64,000 nucleotides of DNA, from assembly GCF_009914755.1 (NCBI RefSeq), contig NC_060928.1. The stretch is one strand, 5' to 3'. This DNA is from the human T2T-CHM13v2.0 reference genome, Homo sapiens. Positions 13,141-25,399 of this stretch are shown here, one piece after another; the first letter of the stretch is position 1, and every line of letters starts with the position of its first letter. The notes under the pieces were generated by a model. That model was given only the letters and a program-made list of their open reading frames with translations. It searched no databases and was not told where the DNA came from. The position numbers and the translations under genes were made by a program.

Positions 13141-14109
13141 TTTTAAAACGTGATATTGTCTTCCTTTATAAGAAACAATACTTACCAGTATTATTTTAAA
13201 ATAAAATTAATGTTATTTACACCTGAATGTCTGATTGCCAAGACTATTGTTGCAGATATAGAAGTTCCCCTTTTTAAATTCCAAAGTCAAGTTTATTTCC
13301 ATATACTAGTCAACCGTTGTAGTTCTCTTGCTTTGGGGAAACTAAAAAGAGAAAGAAAATTGTAAGAAAAGGAAGTTTAGACTCAAAGGGCCACATAGTA
13401 AAGAATAAAAACTAAAAATTACAAAATATCTCCTCCACCAGCCTCACCACAATGAATTAAATCCTGACATTGTTTGCTCCCTGCTCCCTGTGGATAAGTT
13501 TCCTTGTTGCTAATAGGTATTAGCATATAAAACAATTTTATATGAAATTGAAATATGAAAACTGAAAGCATATAAACAATTTTAAGATTATTACCTGGTT
13601 AGATGAGTTAATGTTAATATATTTAACCGTGATTGAACCTGTGATATCTTAGTTTGAACTATTTTACTCAATTGTATAGCCTTTGAAAGCTTGTAGAAGT
13701 AATAATAGATTTTATTGAGAAGGGAGGACATGAGAATTTGCCTGATGCATAGGGCACTAATTTGAAAGAATAAGAATATCATAAGAGCTCCAGGTATATT
13801 TCTTGGGCTATATTCTGTCAATTACAAATGGTTCTGGAATAGGAAATCACTGAAGAGTTCTGGTGATTTCTTGAGCTTGCTAAATATTATACTATTTCTA
13901 CCCTAACTAATTCAAACTAAACAAATATAGATGGGACAGAGTATTCACAATATCAAAATAGTTTAAGATCTCATTTACTGTTATATCTTTCCTCACCCAA
14001 TCCAATCTCACCATGTCAAAGTAATGCCTCCAGTACTAACAAAGGGTCTACCTTGTGGAATATGGAACCAGTTTCAGTTATCTTTTGTACTTAGCCCACT
14101 AGAGACACA

Positions 14110-15345
14110 CTCAATAGAATAGGAGAAGATATTTTAGAAATATGGCCAAAAACAATAGGTAGAAACTGGAAGAAATGGCATCCCAGAATCCAAAGAAAGA
14201 AATAATTTCAAGAAGAATGGGTTGATCAAGAGTATCAAAATTCAAGAGAGATTAAAAACCAAAATATAATAATGACTTTGATGTGTTTGAGGAGCAAGAA
14301 GTAGTTCAAGATGGTAGGAGCCAAGCAAAAAAGAGAGTAATAGGAGTATCCTCTCCAAGAGGCAGGAAAAGGGAAGATTATGTAAGATTATGTTCTTGTG
14401 TAAGCCAGAATAAGTATGATGAAAATCCACTGGAAGATTTCGAGTACAAGAATGAAATGAACTACTGTCCATTTTCAAAAGCACATTCCTATTGTGTGAT
14501 AGAGAAAAGAATATGAGGGGCAGAGGGAAAACAGGACAACATTTGAGAAGGCTGTTACAGGGATCTAGTTGAAAGTTGGTACTGGTTTGTATTGGGGTGG
14601 TATAAGAAAAGGTAGTGAGAAATTATCAGGTTAAAATAAATATTTTTTAAATAGAGCTGGCAGGATTGGTTATGAAGGGTAAGGGGAGTAGAGAAACTAA
14701 AGATGACATGGACATTTTTGGTCTTATAATTGTGTTGTTTGATTATGGAGGACAATTTGGGGAGTATCGGATTTAAGAAAGGTTGTAAAGCAGTTTTCTT
14801 GGACTGGCCAAGTTTGAGATGTCTATTAGGCACTGAGGTAGTGGTATCAAGAAAGAACCAATATGAACAAGTCTAGTTTAGAGACGAGGTTATGGCTAAC
14901 AATATAAATGTGGGTGTCTTCAGTATATACATATTATTTAAACAACAGTAATTGGTAAGTTGACCTGAAGAATGAAGCTGGTAGAAAACAAACATGGAGG
15001 ATGGGGATTCAACAAGCTATAAGGCACTCAAGCATATAGAGGTTAAGAAGAGAAGTCTGCCAAGGAGAATGAAGAGGACTAGACCACGAGGAAGCAGAAA
15101 ATACAGGAAAGACTCTATGTCCCTGATACAAGATGGGAAATTATTTCAAGAGCTGCATCAAATAAAGTTTAAAGGTTAATCAACACATTGTTTAAGAAAT
15201 TATCGCTGAATTTTATGACATGGATTCATAAGTCAATTTTACAAGAACTGATGTAATGACATTGGGATAAAATTCCGACATGAATGAACTCAAGCACAAT
15301 GGAAAGTGAGAAAGTTGATACAGTGAATATGGTGGTACTTTTGCA
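14110..15345 (-). mobile_element. L2 LINE fragment(s)
   Basis: Purine-rich text of reverse-L2 type, e.g. AGTTTGAGATGTCTATTAGGCA and ATATAAATGTGGGTGTCTTCAGTATA. Confidence 0.7.
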
Positions 15346-15346
15346 C

Positions 15347-15860
15347 TGTGGTGATTGGAGTAAGCTGGAACTATGTGTTATAAAACCACTTCTCTGGATG
15401 GTTCTAGATTAGAGCTGAACAAAAGATATATCTGCATGCAGAACTGAAGCAGTAGTTGTTACTCTCTGAAAGTTATCAGAATTAGATATAGTGAGAGGCA
15501 GACATAGAATCTGTCAGCCTGTACCAGCTTGTCCTCATTCTCTTCCAATTCCGCTTGCAGATCTTCTTCCTGAATGCACTGTGGACCAACAACAATTCCA
15601 GACACACCACCAGGTGCATAGGCAGCAGCCTTTCATAGACTTATTTTGCAGCTGGACATGCCTGGCTTTGCAGATTCCCCTGTAGGCTCTGACTTTTCAC
15701 CCACACCAGTGCTTCTGGAGAGTGATTGGTGACTTTCCCTGATCCTTTAACTCCCTTTTTGTAGCCTTATTTCCTATATTCTCCCCCTATATTTCCAATA
15801 ATTAATCTCTTATTCTATACTTGTTCTACTTCCTTGAATACAAGTATAAAACTGGTGCAA
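15347..15860 (+). mobile_element. Old ERVL-class solo LTR (MLT2-like) inserted in L2
   Basis: Starts TGTGGTGATTGG, composition differs from the L2 flanks, ends ...AATAATTAATCTCTTATTC...GTTCTACTTCC; subfamily uncertain. Confidence 0.5.
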
Positions 15861-16910
15861 GTATAAAGCTTGTTAAGGAAATTTGTTCTAAAGGGAAAGA
15901 GAGAAACATGGAACAGCTGGATGGTGGTGTAGATTCAATGACAGGTCTCTTCAATTTTTAAAATAAGAATTATTAAGGCATATCACTATGCTAAGGGGAT
16001 AAACCTAGAAAAAATGAGAAATTGATTATGAGAACAGAGAGGAGATAATTCAGAAGTAAAATCTTTGAGAAAGAAGATGGGGGATCCAACAAAGTGTTGG
16101 TCTTAAGTAAAGTCAGAGGCAGTTTATCCATTATACTGAAAGAATAAGGAAATGAGCACAAATACAGTGGAACTGATAAATTTGGGAACTGTAATAAATA
16201 GGAAAAGGTTTTTTATTCTGCTTGCCTTATCAGCTGAGAGTGAAGAATAAGAAATGGATGGTGAAGGTTTGAAGAGACGGAAAAAGTCTAATATAGATAT
16301 TTTGAGCATAAGGAAAAAATTTGACTAGAGAAATTAGTGGAACATTTGTACAGAGCTGAGTGGAAAGCTTGAAACTTATAAAAAATGGGACAAGCCCACT
16401 GTGTTTTCTGTTTTCCAGCTGGTTGGTTTTATTCAGTCTGTTCATCTGTTGGTTTCAGGTGTGCAGCAGACCTCTTGGGTTTAAATGGGATCTGAGTTTC
16501 GGTAAATTTAGACGATAGAGAAATATAGATGCATGCAGGGGAAAGATTTTAATAATGGGTTCTAAACATGTAAAGTGAAAAGAATGTAAGAGGGAGCATG
16601 ATGGGGAAAGAACATTAGATTTTTCAACTGGGCATAAGAATTGGTCAAGTGATGGTGCTAGAGAGACTGAGCTGTGAAGTTAGTAGAGGTATCAAAAAGT
16701 AGGAAGCTTAATATGCCTTGGAAATGGTGTAGTCTTTGGTAGTAACAAGATCTATGGTGTAAACATAGAAACAAATGGCTGAAGAGAAAGATGATTGATT
16801 AGAAAGGGCATCAAGTTAAGGAATTGAGATGTCTTCGTATTAAATCAGCCATCTTTGAGGAAGTTGATCTCCCAAATAAGTGTGATAGTGTCACGAAGGA
16901 GAGAAAGACA
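15861..16910 (-). mobile_element. L2 LINE, continuation
   Basis: Reverse-L2-type purine-rich text resumes after the LTR. Confidence 0.55.
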
Positions 16911-16919
16911 CAGCAAAAC

Positions 16920-16985
16920 ACCCACATGCAGAATTTAAGGAGGCACTCACACTCAGGTGCTAACTCTGCATTGGCATTACAGTGG
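16920..16985. mobile_element. Possible hAT-Tip100 (MER96-like) fragment
   Basis: GCAGAATTTAAGGAGGCACTCACACTCAGG resembles a recalled MER96-type motif. Confidence 0.35.
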
Positions 16986-18249
16986 GAACCTTAACTTGGA
17001 CATTAAACAGAATGCAGAGTACAAAAATGGGTACCATCCATTGAAATAATAGAATCACATAATTTTTCATAATGAAAATTTATATTCTCTGAAGGACATA
17101 ATTTTATAAGATCTACAAGGAGGCTGCTCATAATCAACATGCTACTAATATGAAGAATATTAAATCAGTAAATCAAAGTTACTCCAGCATGACATGACCA
17201 CATTGTTGACATGTGGGTGGAAACACTGTCTCACTTCCTTACCATCTCTCATTGCTTAGGGAAGGTTAAGTGGTTACAAACTAAGAGTTAGAAAGTATTG
17301 CCATTCTCTCTTCTACCATGTAGTAGACTTCATTTTGCTATTTCCTATTCCTGGATAATGCTTAATTTTATCAACAGCTACTTAGTTAAGACTTAGAATT
17401 TGATTTTAGATAACTACAAAACTAAAACTGACTTCATAAATTCTTATCAATGGTATTCTCTTTCTTAAATCTAATGAATCTCTAAATATTTTTCTCACCT
17501 TACATGCCCTGAAATATCCATTTACCCTCTCACTTAGATTCATCCCAGTATTTCTGACATTTATATTAATAAAAAAGAAAGGGGAAATGAGTATATCCCA
17601 CTGACACTGAGGAAAATGTAAGTATCATCATGGAAAAAAAAAGATTGGAACAGGGTATTTGGTTTCTAAAATGTGCTCTAAATTCTTCCAAGAACTCTGA
17701 ACATACTAATACAAATGGAAATTATTTTAATTTCCCAATTGAAGAGAAAATAATTTTATTTGTAAATATATCTACCTCATTGAGGACTTTGTTTATAGCT
17801 AAATCCACATTGATGTTTCCTGGTATCTCGTTAGATAGTGTTATGCTGGCATTGCTTTGAAAAGAATAATGAGCATTATTTCAGAGCAATCATTGTATAA
17901 ACTAATACCCCTCAATGTAATTTAAAACTGTGTAAACTACAGTATATGTAATGAATGGTGATGATGACTTAGTAGCAAACTGGAAAAGACATTGCCCCCT
18001 ACTTTTAGAAAGGACATAAAAATAGAATCTACTACACTGAGCCAAAAAAAAAACATGTAATCATGAGTGATATTTGCCATCCCAGGAATGTAATTAGATT
18101 CCTTTAGAGAATGAGCAAAGGCTTAAAACTACCAGTTGAAATAATTACTTTAAAGGTCAAAGAAATTAAAAATACTCAAAAATCCTTTTTGTGTTAGACA
18201 TTTATGAGACAACTCTAATCTGCAATTTAATTGATATAACGGGAAATAT

Positions 18250-18698
18250 TCAATCAGGTCCTCCTAAAAATAGAGCCAAGATAGAATTAAACGTAAACGA
18301 ATTTTGTTAAGGAAAATGCCTGTGTGAGGAAATAGAAAGAGAGCCAGGGAAAGCTGGGAGAAACAACAAAACCTGATGCAAGACTGGCTCCAAGCACAGG
18401 AGATACAGAAAAAGTTAGACAGAAGCTTGTTCAACTGCCATGCAGCTCAAGGAAGCTTCAGCAAAACTGTCAGGGAGTCCTGGAGCCACAGTCACTCATC
18501 AAAGGAGTCGTGCGTCTGTCAGGAACTGGCCTGCCTTAGTGCTCCTGCTGCACTCAGTTACAGGCTAAAAGTATCCCACAGGAAGTGTGGCCTCAGTGCA
18601 AATACCTTGATAAATTTCAGGGCAGAGCAGCTACACCTTCTGTCAATTATATTCTCTGTAGTTGGGAGTCCGTGAGGCACATTCTCATGGCTGCCAAA
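18250..18698 (-). mobile_element. LTR16-family ERVL solo LTR
   Basis: GGAACTGGCCTGCCTTAGT...CACTCAGT...GGAAGTGTGGCCTCAG...ATTCTCATGGCTGCCA matches recalled LTR16 text. Confidence 0.75.
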
Positions 18699-19368
18699 GG
18701 AGGGGAAAACAAACAATATTCTACAATACATATTTGGCATATGCATATGATAATTATTTTAATCAGGAATTCAAACTGATCTCAGTCTTATCTGTACTCA
18801 AAGAAAGAACTTTATTCCTGGTTTATGATGATTTCCTATGTTTTTTCTTTAATCTCTGATTTTTAAAGTTTTTTTAGGCTTCTTTCAGGTTAGTATGTTT
18901 TATTCAGTTTAGTCCTTGGTTCTATTTTTTTCAACTGTCCCATTTACACTCCAACCTAAAAAATTTTAAACTAATCCAGGTGCCTACTTGTTCTTATAAA
19001 TATTTACTAATGCCTCCTTCACTATCCTGAAATTAAATGTTATGAATATTTTGCCATTTTGAAATTAAATTCATAGATAATATCAACTACCCACATATAT
19101 AATGTCATAATGCAATATAAAGGGGAAAATAAAAAGAAAATATTTCTAATAAATTTAGTATATGAATATGAAAAGGTTTGAGAATGACTATATTAGACAG
19201 CACCATGAAGTAGTTATGTGCTTGCACCTACTTAAAGTGAATAATATTGTAATTAATACAAAAAAAAGAAACGTCATTCTGTACAAGTTAGGAAAAATTA
19301 CAGAGCGGTGATATAGATGAACAATAGAATAAAACTAAAGATTAATTGTATTATTCTATTTATTTGTA

Positions 19369-20347
19369 CATGCATACCTCAGAGATAGTGTGGATTCCAT
19401 TCAGACTACTGCAATAAAGTTAATATTGCAGTACAGCAAGTCACACTACTGTTTCAGCTTCCCAATGTACATAAAGGTTATGTTTACACTATACTGAGGT
19501 CTATTAAGTGTGCAATAGCATTATGTCTAAAAATAACAAGGGACATATTAAAAATACTTTATTGCTAAAAATGCTAACAATTATCTGAGCCTTTAGTGAG
19601 TTATAATCTTTTGGCTGGTGGAAGATTTTGCCTTGATGTTGATGGCTGCTGACTGATTAGGATGGTGAAACGTACTGAGATGGTGGCTGTGGCAATTTCT
19701 TAAAATAAGACAACAATGAAGTTTGACATATTGATCGACTCTTTCTTTCACAAGATATTTCTCAGCAGCACATGATGCTGTTTGATAGCATTTTACCTAC
19801 AGTAGAGCTTGTTTCACATTTGGAATCAATCCTCTTAAACCCTGCTACTGCTTTATCAATTGTGTAATATTCCAAACACTTTGTTGTCATCTCAACAATG
19901 TTCAGAATAGTAGATTCCATCACAAGAAACCACTTTCTTTATTCATTAATAGATGACCAAGTTTCTTTGCAACTCCTCATCTGTAAAAGTTGTATCATGA
20001 GGCGAAGCAGTTCAGTCACATCTTCAGGCTCCACTTATAATTCTAGTTCTGTTGTTATTTCCACCTATAACTGCAGAGGAGGAGGAAGTAATGGCAGAGT
20101 TACTGTTATTTCTGGTAGCAACTTAGAATCAACTTCTTCTTAACTTCTGTTAGCTCTGATATTTTGACTTCCTTCCACAAATCACTAATGTTCTAAATGA
20201 CATACTTTCTAGAAAGTTTTCAATTTACTTTGCCCAGGTCCATCAGAGGAATGACTATCTATGAGAGCTATCAGCTTACAAAAGGTATTTTTTAAATAAT
20301 AACACGTGAAAGTCAAAATCACTCCTTGATACATGGGCTGCAGAATG
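19369..20347 (-). mobile_element. Tigger1 DNA transposon, one end only (~1 kb)
   Basis: TA then TIR CATGCATACCTCAGAGATA; GTTATGTTTACACTATACTG; GATGTTGATGGCTGCTGACTGA; stops abruptly at GGGCTGCAGAATG. Confidence 0.9.
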
Positions 20348-20400
20348 CACATTGTGCACATGTACCCTAAAACTTAAAGTATAGTAAAAAAAAAAAAAAA
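20346..20400 (+). mobile_element. Very short young L1PA 3' end plus poly(A)
   Basis: TGCACATTGTGCACATGTACCCTAAAACTTAAAGTATAGT(A)n is the L1PA2-4 type 3' terminus. Confidence 0.9.
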
Positions 20401-21050
20401 GAATAGCTAGAGAAAAGGCACTAAGGTAAGAGACTATCAGGTCTGTTAGAGAAACAGCAGAAAGGCTAGTGTGGCTGCACTGGAGTGAGCAAGAGGAGGG
20501 CATAGGACGGAAGGTGAGAGAATTAACATAGAGGGCCCAGATCACATAAGGTCAAGTGGATTTTTGGATTTTTCCTTGAGTGAAATTTGAATTTTTCTTT
20601 GGGTGAAATTAAAAGCCACTGCAGAGCTTTGCACAGAAGAGAGGTATGATCTGATTTACATGACTTACCACAGGGTAATTTTGACTTCTATATTAAGAAT
20701 AGAGAGAGTCAACAAGGCAACAGGGTAAAAGAAGGGACAACAGTTATTATCCAGTAATTACTTCTAATGGCAAAAACCATGATTTTAATGGCAAAAACCA
20801 CAATTACCTTTGCACCAAGCTAGTAGAAGTCTATTGCAAAAATCCAAGCAAACCAAAACAGCAGTGGTGGTGGAGGTGATGAGAAGTGGTCATATTCTAG
20901 ACATAGAGCTGATAAGATTTCCTAAAGTATCAACTATAAGATTTGAAAGAAAGAGAGGTGTCAAGAATGACTCCAAAGTTATTGGCTTGAGCAACTGGAA
21001 GGGTGGAATTGTTATCAACTGATTTGGGAAAGGCTAAGGTGGAGATTTGT
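20401..21050 (-). mobile_element. L2 fragment
   Basis: GGCTAGTGTGGCTGCACTGGAGTGAGC and GAGAGGTGTCAAGAATGACTCCAAAGTTATTGGCTTGAGCAACTGG. Confidence 0.75.
20757..20822. mobile_element. MADE1 (mariner MITE) half-element with internal duplication
   Basis: TAATGGCAAAAACCA occurs twice, followed by CAATTACCTTTGCACCAAGCTA. Confidence 0.8.
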
Positions 21051-21109
21051 TAACCTGACTACACCTTTTTAAAGAATACGCAAGTGAAAGCAACATTTTG
21101 CAAATCTAA

Positions 21110-21427
<318 letters not shown>

Positions 21428-22161
21428 TGCAAATCTAAATCTTTAAATCTATCCTTATATAATTGCTAGAATATGAAAATGGAAAATTCTTGGTAAGCAA
21501 GTTTGCTTGCTTAATATTTCATAAGTCATAAAATGTCCTTCATTTAGAGAAATTAGTCTCATTTCCTTGCAGCTTTCCAAATACATTCAAAAGCTTTCAA
21601 ATTATTTTCACAATTTCACCAAAGTAGCAATTACGATGTTCACTTTCTTGTCATCAGTTGAATACAAACAGAAAGTATTAACAAACTTTAAAATGTTTTT
21701 AAGATTTACTGTAAAGAGCCATCTACTGTGTCCAGAATGAGAGTCATTGTACAGTATACAAAATAATCTATCAATTAAGGGGTTAATCATATATTTTTAA
21801 AATATAATTGAGAATTTAATTGATTTTAGACTCTTGCACTTTGATTCCTTAGATTAAGTGTTGTCAAAGTATAAAGTAATGAATTCCTAAAGCATCTAGT
21901 GTTAACATTTTTAAAGGACAAAAAAATGATGCAAAGAATCCAACATCATAAATGGTGATGTGACTTCCAATATGGTGAACAATTTTTAGAAGCTTCTGAA
22001 CAGAAAACATACCTTTGCTTTGAATCACAAAATGGCCACATTCTCAGAAAATCAAGCATATATTAAATCAGTGCAAGCAATATTTTGTGCTCTGTTTGTA
22101 AAATGGAGGTTAGCCATAGGTTTGGGTTATTATAAGCAAATATTTCATATAAGAATATCCA

Positions 22162-22465
22162 GGCTGGGCATGGTGGCTCACACCTGTAATCTCAGCACTT
22201 TGGGAGGCCGAAGTGGGTGGATCACGAGGTCAGGAGTTCAAGACCAGCCTGGCCTAGATGGTGAAACCCCATCTTTAATAAAAATACAAAAATTAGCTGG
22301 GGATGGTGGTGGGTGCCTGTAATCCCAGCTACTCAGGAGGCTGAGGCAGAGAATTGCCTGAACTTGGGAGGCAGAGGTTGCAGTGAGCCAAGATCGTGCC
22401 ACTGCATTCTAGCCTAGGTGACAGAGTGAGACTCCATCTCAAAAAAAAAAGAAAAAAAAAAAAAA
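22162..22465 (+). mobile_element. AluS (Sg/Sx-like), full length
   Basis: GGCTGGGCATGGTGGCTCAC...GATCACGAGGTCAGGAGTTC...poly(A); imperfect TSD AAGAATATCCA / AAGTAAATCCA. Confidence 0.95.
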
Positions 22466-22584
22466 GTAAATCCAGCAGGTTGAGGTTGTTCATAATTATG
22501 TCCAACAATGGATAGTTTTTCAGGCCTGCATTACAGGAAATGTATTGTCCCTAGCCCATGCCCATTAACTGACAGGAACTTCTA

Positions 22585-23075
22585 TGTACTAGAAAAACAA
22601 CTGTTTCCCCTACTATAATCTCAACACCCAACACTTCTATGACCAGATGTGTGGATTTTTTTTTTCACATGGACCAATTCTACAACACCAGCTAGGTGTT
22701 CTACAATTTAATTCAATTCTGACTCTCTCTGCCTAGAGACAGCATCAGATTCCACAGGTTAAGGGCTCAGTTCCACAAGTCTGCCCCCGACTTCAAGTGT
22801 CACTCACACGAAGTGATCCCAGAAAACCCACAATTTTTGTCCAACATGGCTAAAGATTGGAGGTTCCCTTGATCCCCTCCTTAGGTTTGATAATCTGCTA
22901 GAGCAGCTTACAGAACCCAAGAAAACAGTTTATTTACTATTGCTGATTTATTACAAAGGATACAGATGAATGGCCAGAGGAAGAGATATATATGGTGAGA
23001 TTTAGAAGAGCCCAGAGCACGGGAGCTTCTGTCTCCATGGAGTTGGGATGGACACCTTCCTGGTATGTGAATGTG
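22585..23075 (-). mobile_element. MER21-family LTR, partial
   Basis: CAATTCTGAC...CATCAGATTCCACAGGTTAAGGGCTCAG...GATAATCTGCTAGAGCAGCTTACAGAAC. Confidence 0.8.
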
Positions 23076-23491
23076 CAGAATTTCAACTCTATGACATCCT
23101 TAAAAAGGCAAAACTGAAGGTAAAAAGATCCGTGATTCTAGAGAGAGTGAAGAGATTTGAGGAAAGATGACCAAAGAGAACACAGAGGATTTTAGGGGAA
23201 GTAAAAATGCTTCACATAATATTATAATGATGCATACCTATCATTATCCATTTGTCTAAACCCACAGAATGTACAACATCAAGCATGAACCTTAATGTAA
23301 ATTAAGGACTTTGGTCCTAATGATGATATATGTTCATTAATTGAAACAACTGTACTGCTCTGATAACAGACTTTGATAATGGGAAAGGCTATGCAAATGT
23401 AGAGACGGGGGTATATGGGAAATTGCTGCACCTTCCTCTCAATTTTATTGTGGCCTAAAACTGCTGTAAAAAAATTGTCTTTGAAAAAAAA
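23076..23491 (+). mobile_element. L1MC-type 3' end
   Basis: CATTTGTCTAAACCCACAGAATGTACAAC...GGGTATATGGGAAAT...CCTAAAACTGCT and an A-rich end. Confidence 0.8.
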
Positions 23492-23829
23492 GTCAGTTGC
23501 AAGTCTACATGACCCTAAAACATAGAGATACAAACAAAAATACAGTAATCTAACTACTTCTCAAATCCAGAAACACATATCAATATTCCAAGCACATAAA
23601 GAAGTTTGTCTTTTATGTTGCTGTTGTTAATCGTCTACCACTCCAACTTCAATTTTCATCGTGCTCAGGTGCAAACACTCTATCTTTATCCTCTCACACC
23701 TGATGATGATCAAACATATACAAGCATAAGTGCACGTAACTCTGAAAACTGCACTCCTCAGGTAACATAAAACAAGGCAAAAAAGATACCTTCCAGGTTG
23801 GAAGATACAGGTCTAATTCATAAATTATT

Positions 23830-25330
23830 GTTTGTTTTATAGTAGCTCTGCAGCATTTCCCTATTGACATCCAAGTTAGTTCCAGTTTTTATGTACTGCA
23901 AGTAACATTGAACACTCTCATCATTAGTATTACCAGCCTAATACTTTTATTTTTATTTAGAAGATAGATTCCCAAAGTCAGATTGCAGGCACAAAGATCC
24001 TGTGTAATTGTAATTTAAATCATCTTTAGAAGTTTATTTCTCAAGACAGTATTCATTAAATCATACTTGTACCCCAAAATTAATGAGGAAGCCCATTTCT
24101 CCACATTCTGGGATGTAAACATTCTTTTAAATTTTGTCAGTCAGATTGAAGGTAAACAGTATCACACTGATGGCTTAATTAAACTTCTCTTCTATTAATG
24201 AGAAGAATGACATTTTTGTAATTTTTTTGATCTTTGAATTTCCTTTCTCTAAATTACATACACATATTGCATCTTTTTAAAATTATGATTTTTATCTTTT
24301 CATTTACAAGCTATTTACATATTATGAATATTAACTATCAGACTGTCATAGATAATTCAATTTTTTCTAGACAATAGTTTGTCTTTTAACTTTGCTTACG
24401 GTCTTGTCATTCAAATTTTTTACTCTTACTTTTTATTCTCAAATATGCTTATTTTTTATGCCTCAGAGTTTTCTATCTTGCTTAAAATGGTTTCCTATAA
24501 GTTGGGGTAACAGTTATACAATTTATTATTTTGTTAGATTTAACTTTAGTCATCTGAAATCCTAGCTTTGTTAAAGTCTTTTCCAGATGGATAACCAACT
24601 ATGTCAGCACATTTATTGAATAAACTATTCTTTTTCTACTACATTGTAATATCATTTTTTGATTATTTTAACAATCTTTGTATCCTGGTTTTATGTCTAG
24701 ATTCATATGTGTTAAACTAATCTGCTTTTCTATTCCTGTACCTGTGCCATGCTGATTTCATTACAATGGTTTCGTAGTTTCAGTATTGGGCAAGGCAAGT
24801 GTCCATTTAACATTTTTTTCATTTGTTTCTTGAATATTCTAAGACATTTTTTCTTTAGAAAAATGTTTCTTGTTCATCAATAGTTCTATCCATTATTTGA
24901 AACCATTGATATTCTCCATGGAATTGCTTTAAATATATAAATTAATTTAAAAGGATTGCTATTTTAATGATGCTAAGTCTTCTGATCCAGGACCATCAGC
25001 ATCTCTCAGTTTGGCTGGTTTTTGTTTTATATCCTTTATTAAGATTACAATTTTGCTTTCTTTTCTAAATTAAGAAGAACTAAGACATGAAGGCAAAAGT
25101 AAACAATATTTAAATATATAATGTCATAAATAACTAAAGCTTCATCACCTTTGTAACTACCATTTAGGTCAAGAAACAGTACGTTACCATTACACCAAAG
25201 TTCTCCCTCCAATGTGTCTCTTTCCAGTCATATCCTACCTTCTTCCCCTAGAGGTTAACTAGAGTTAACAACCATACCAAAGTTTTGCTTTGCTTTAATG
25301 CCACAATTTGTTGAATGTAGAGGATTATAT
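23830..25330 (-). mobile_element. Very old L1 (L1ME/L1M5-type) fragments
   Basis: T-rich, reverse-L1-like text, e.g. CAGCACATTTATTGAATAA and GGCAAGGCAAGTGTCC; boundaries approximate. Confidence 0.55.
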
Positions 25331-25399
25331 CCTTTTCATTGTCAGAAACCAATTTCAACATTAGAAAAATAGATGTTTTTACTTACCCCCAAATTTCCC

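Noticed and set aside
17990-18005. CTCF-like TGCCCCCTAC
   Set aside because: Lacks the rest of the core (TGG); partial match only.
19030-19330. Possible Charlie-type DNA transposon fragment
   Set aside because: Resemblance too vague to call without a profile search.
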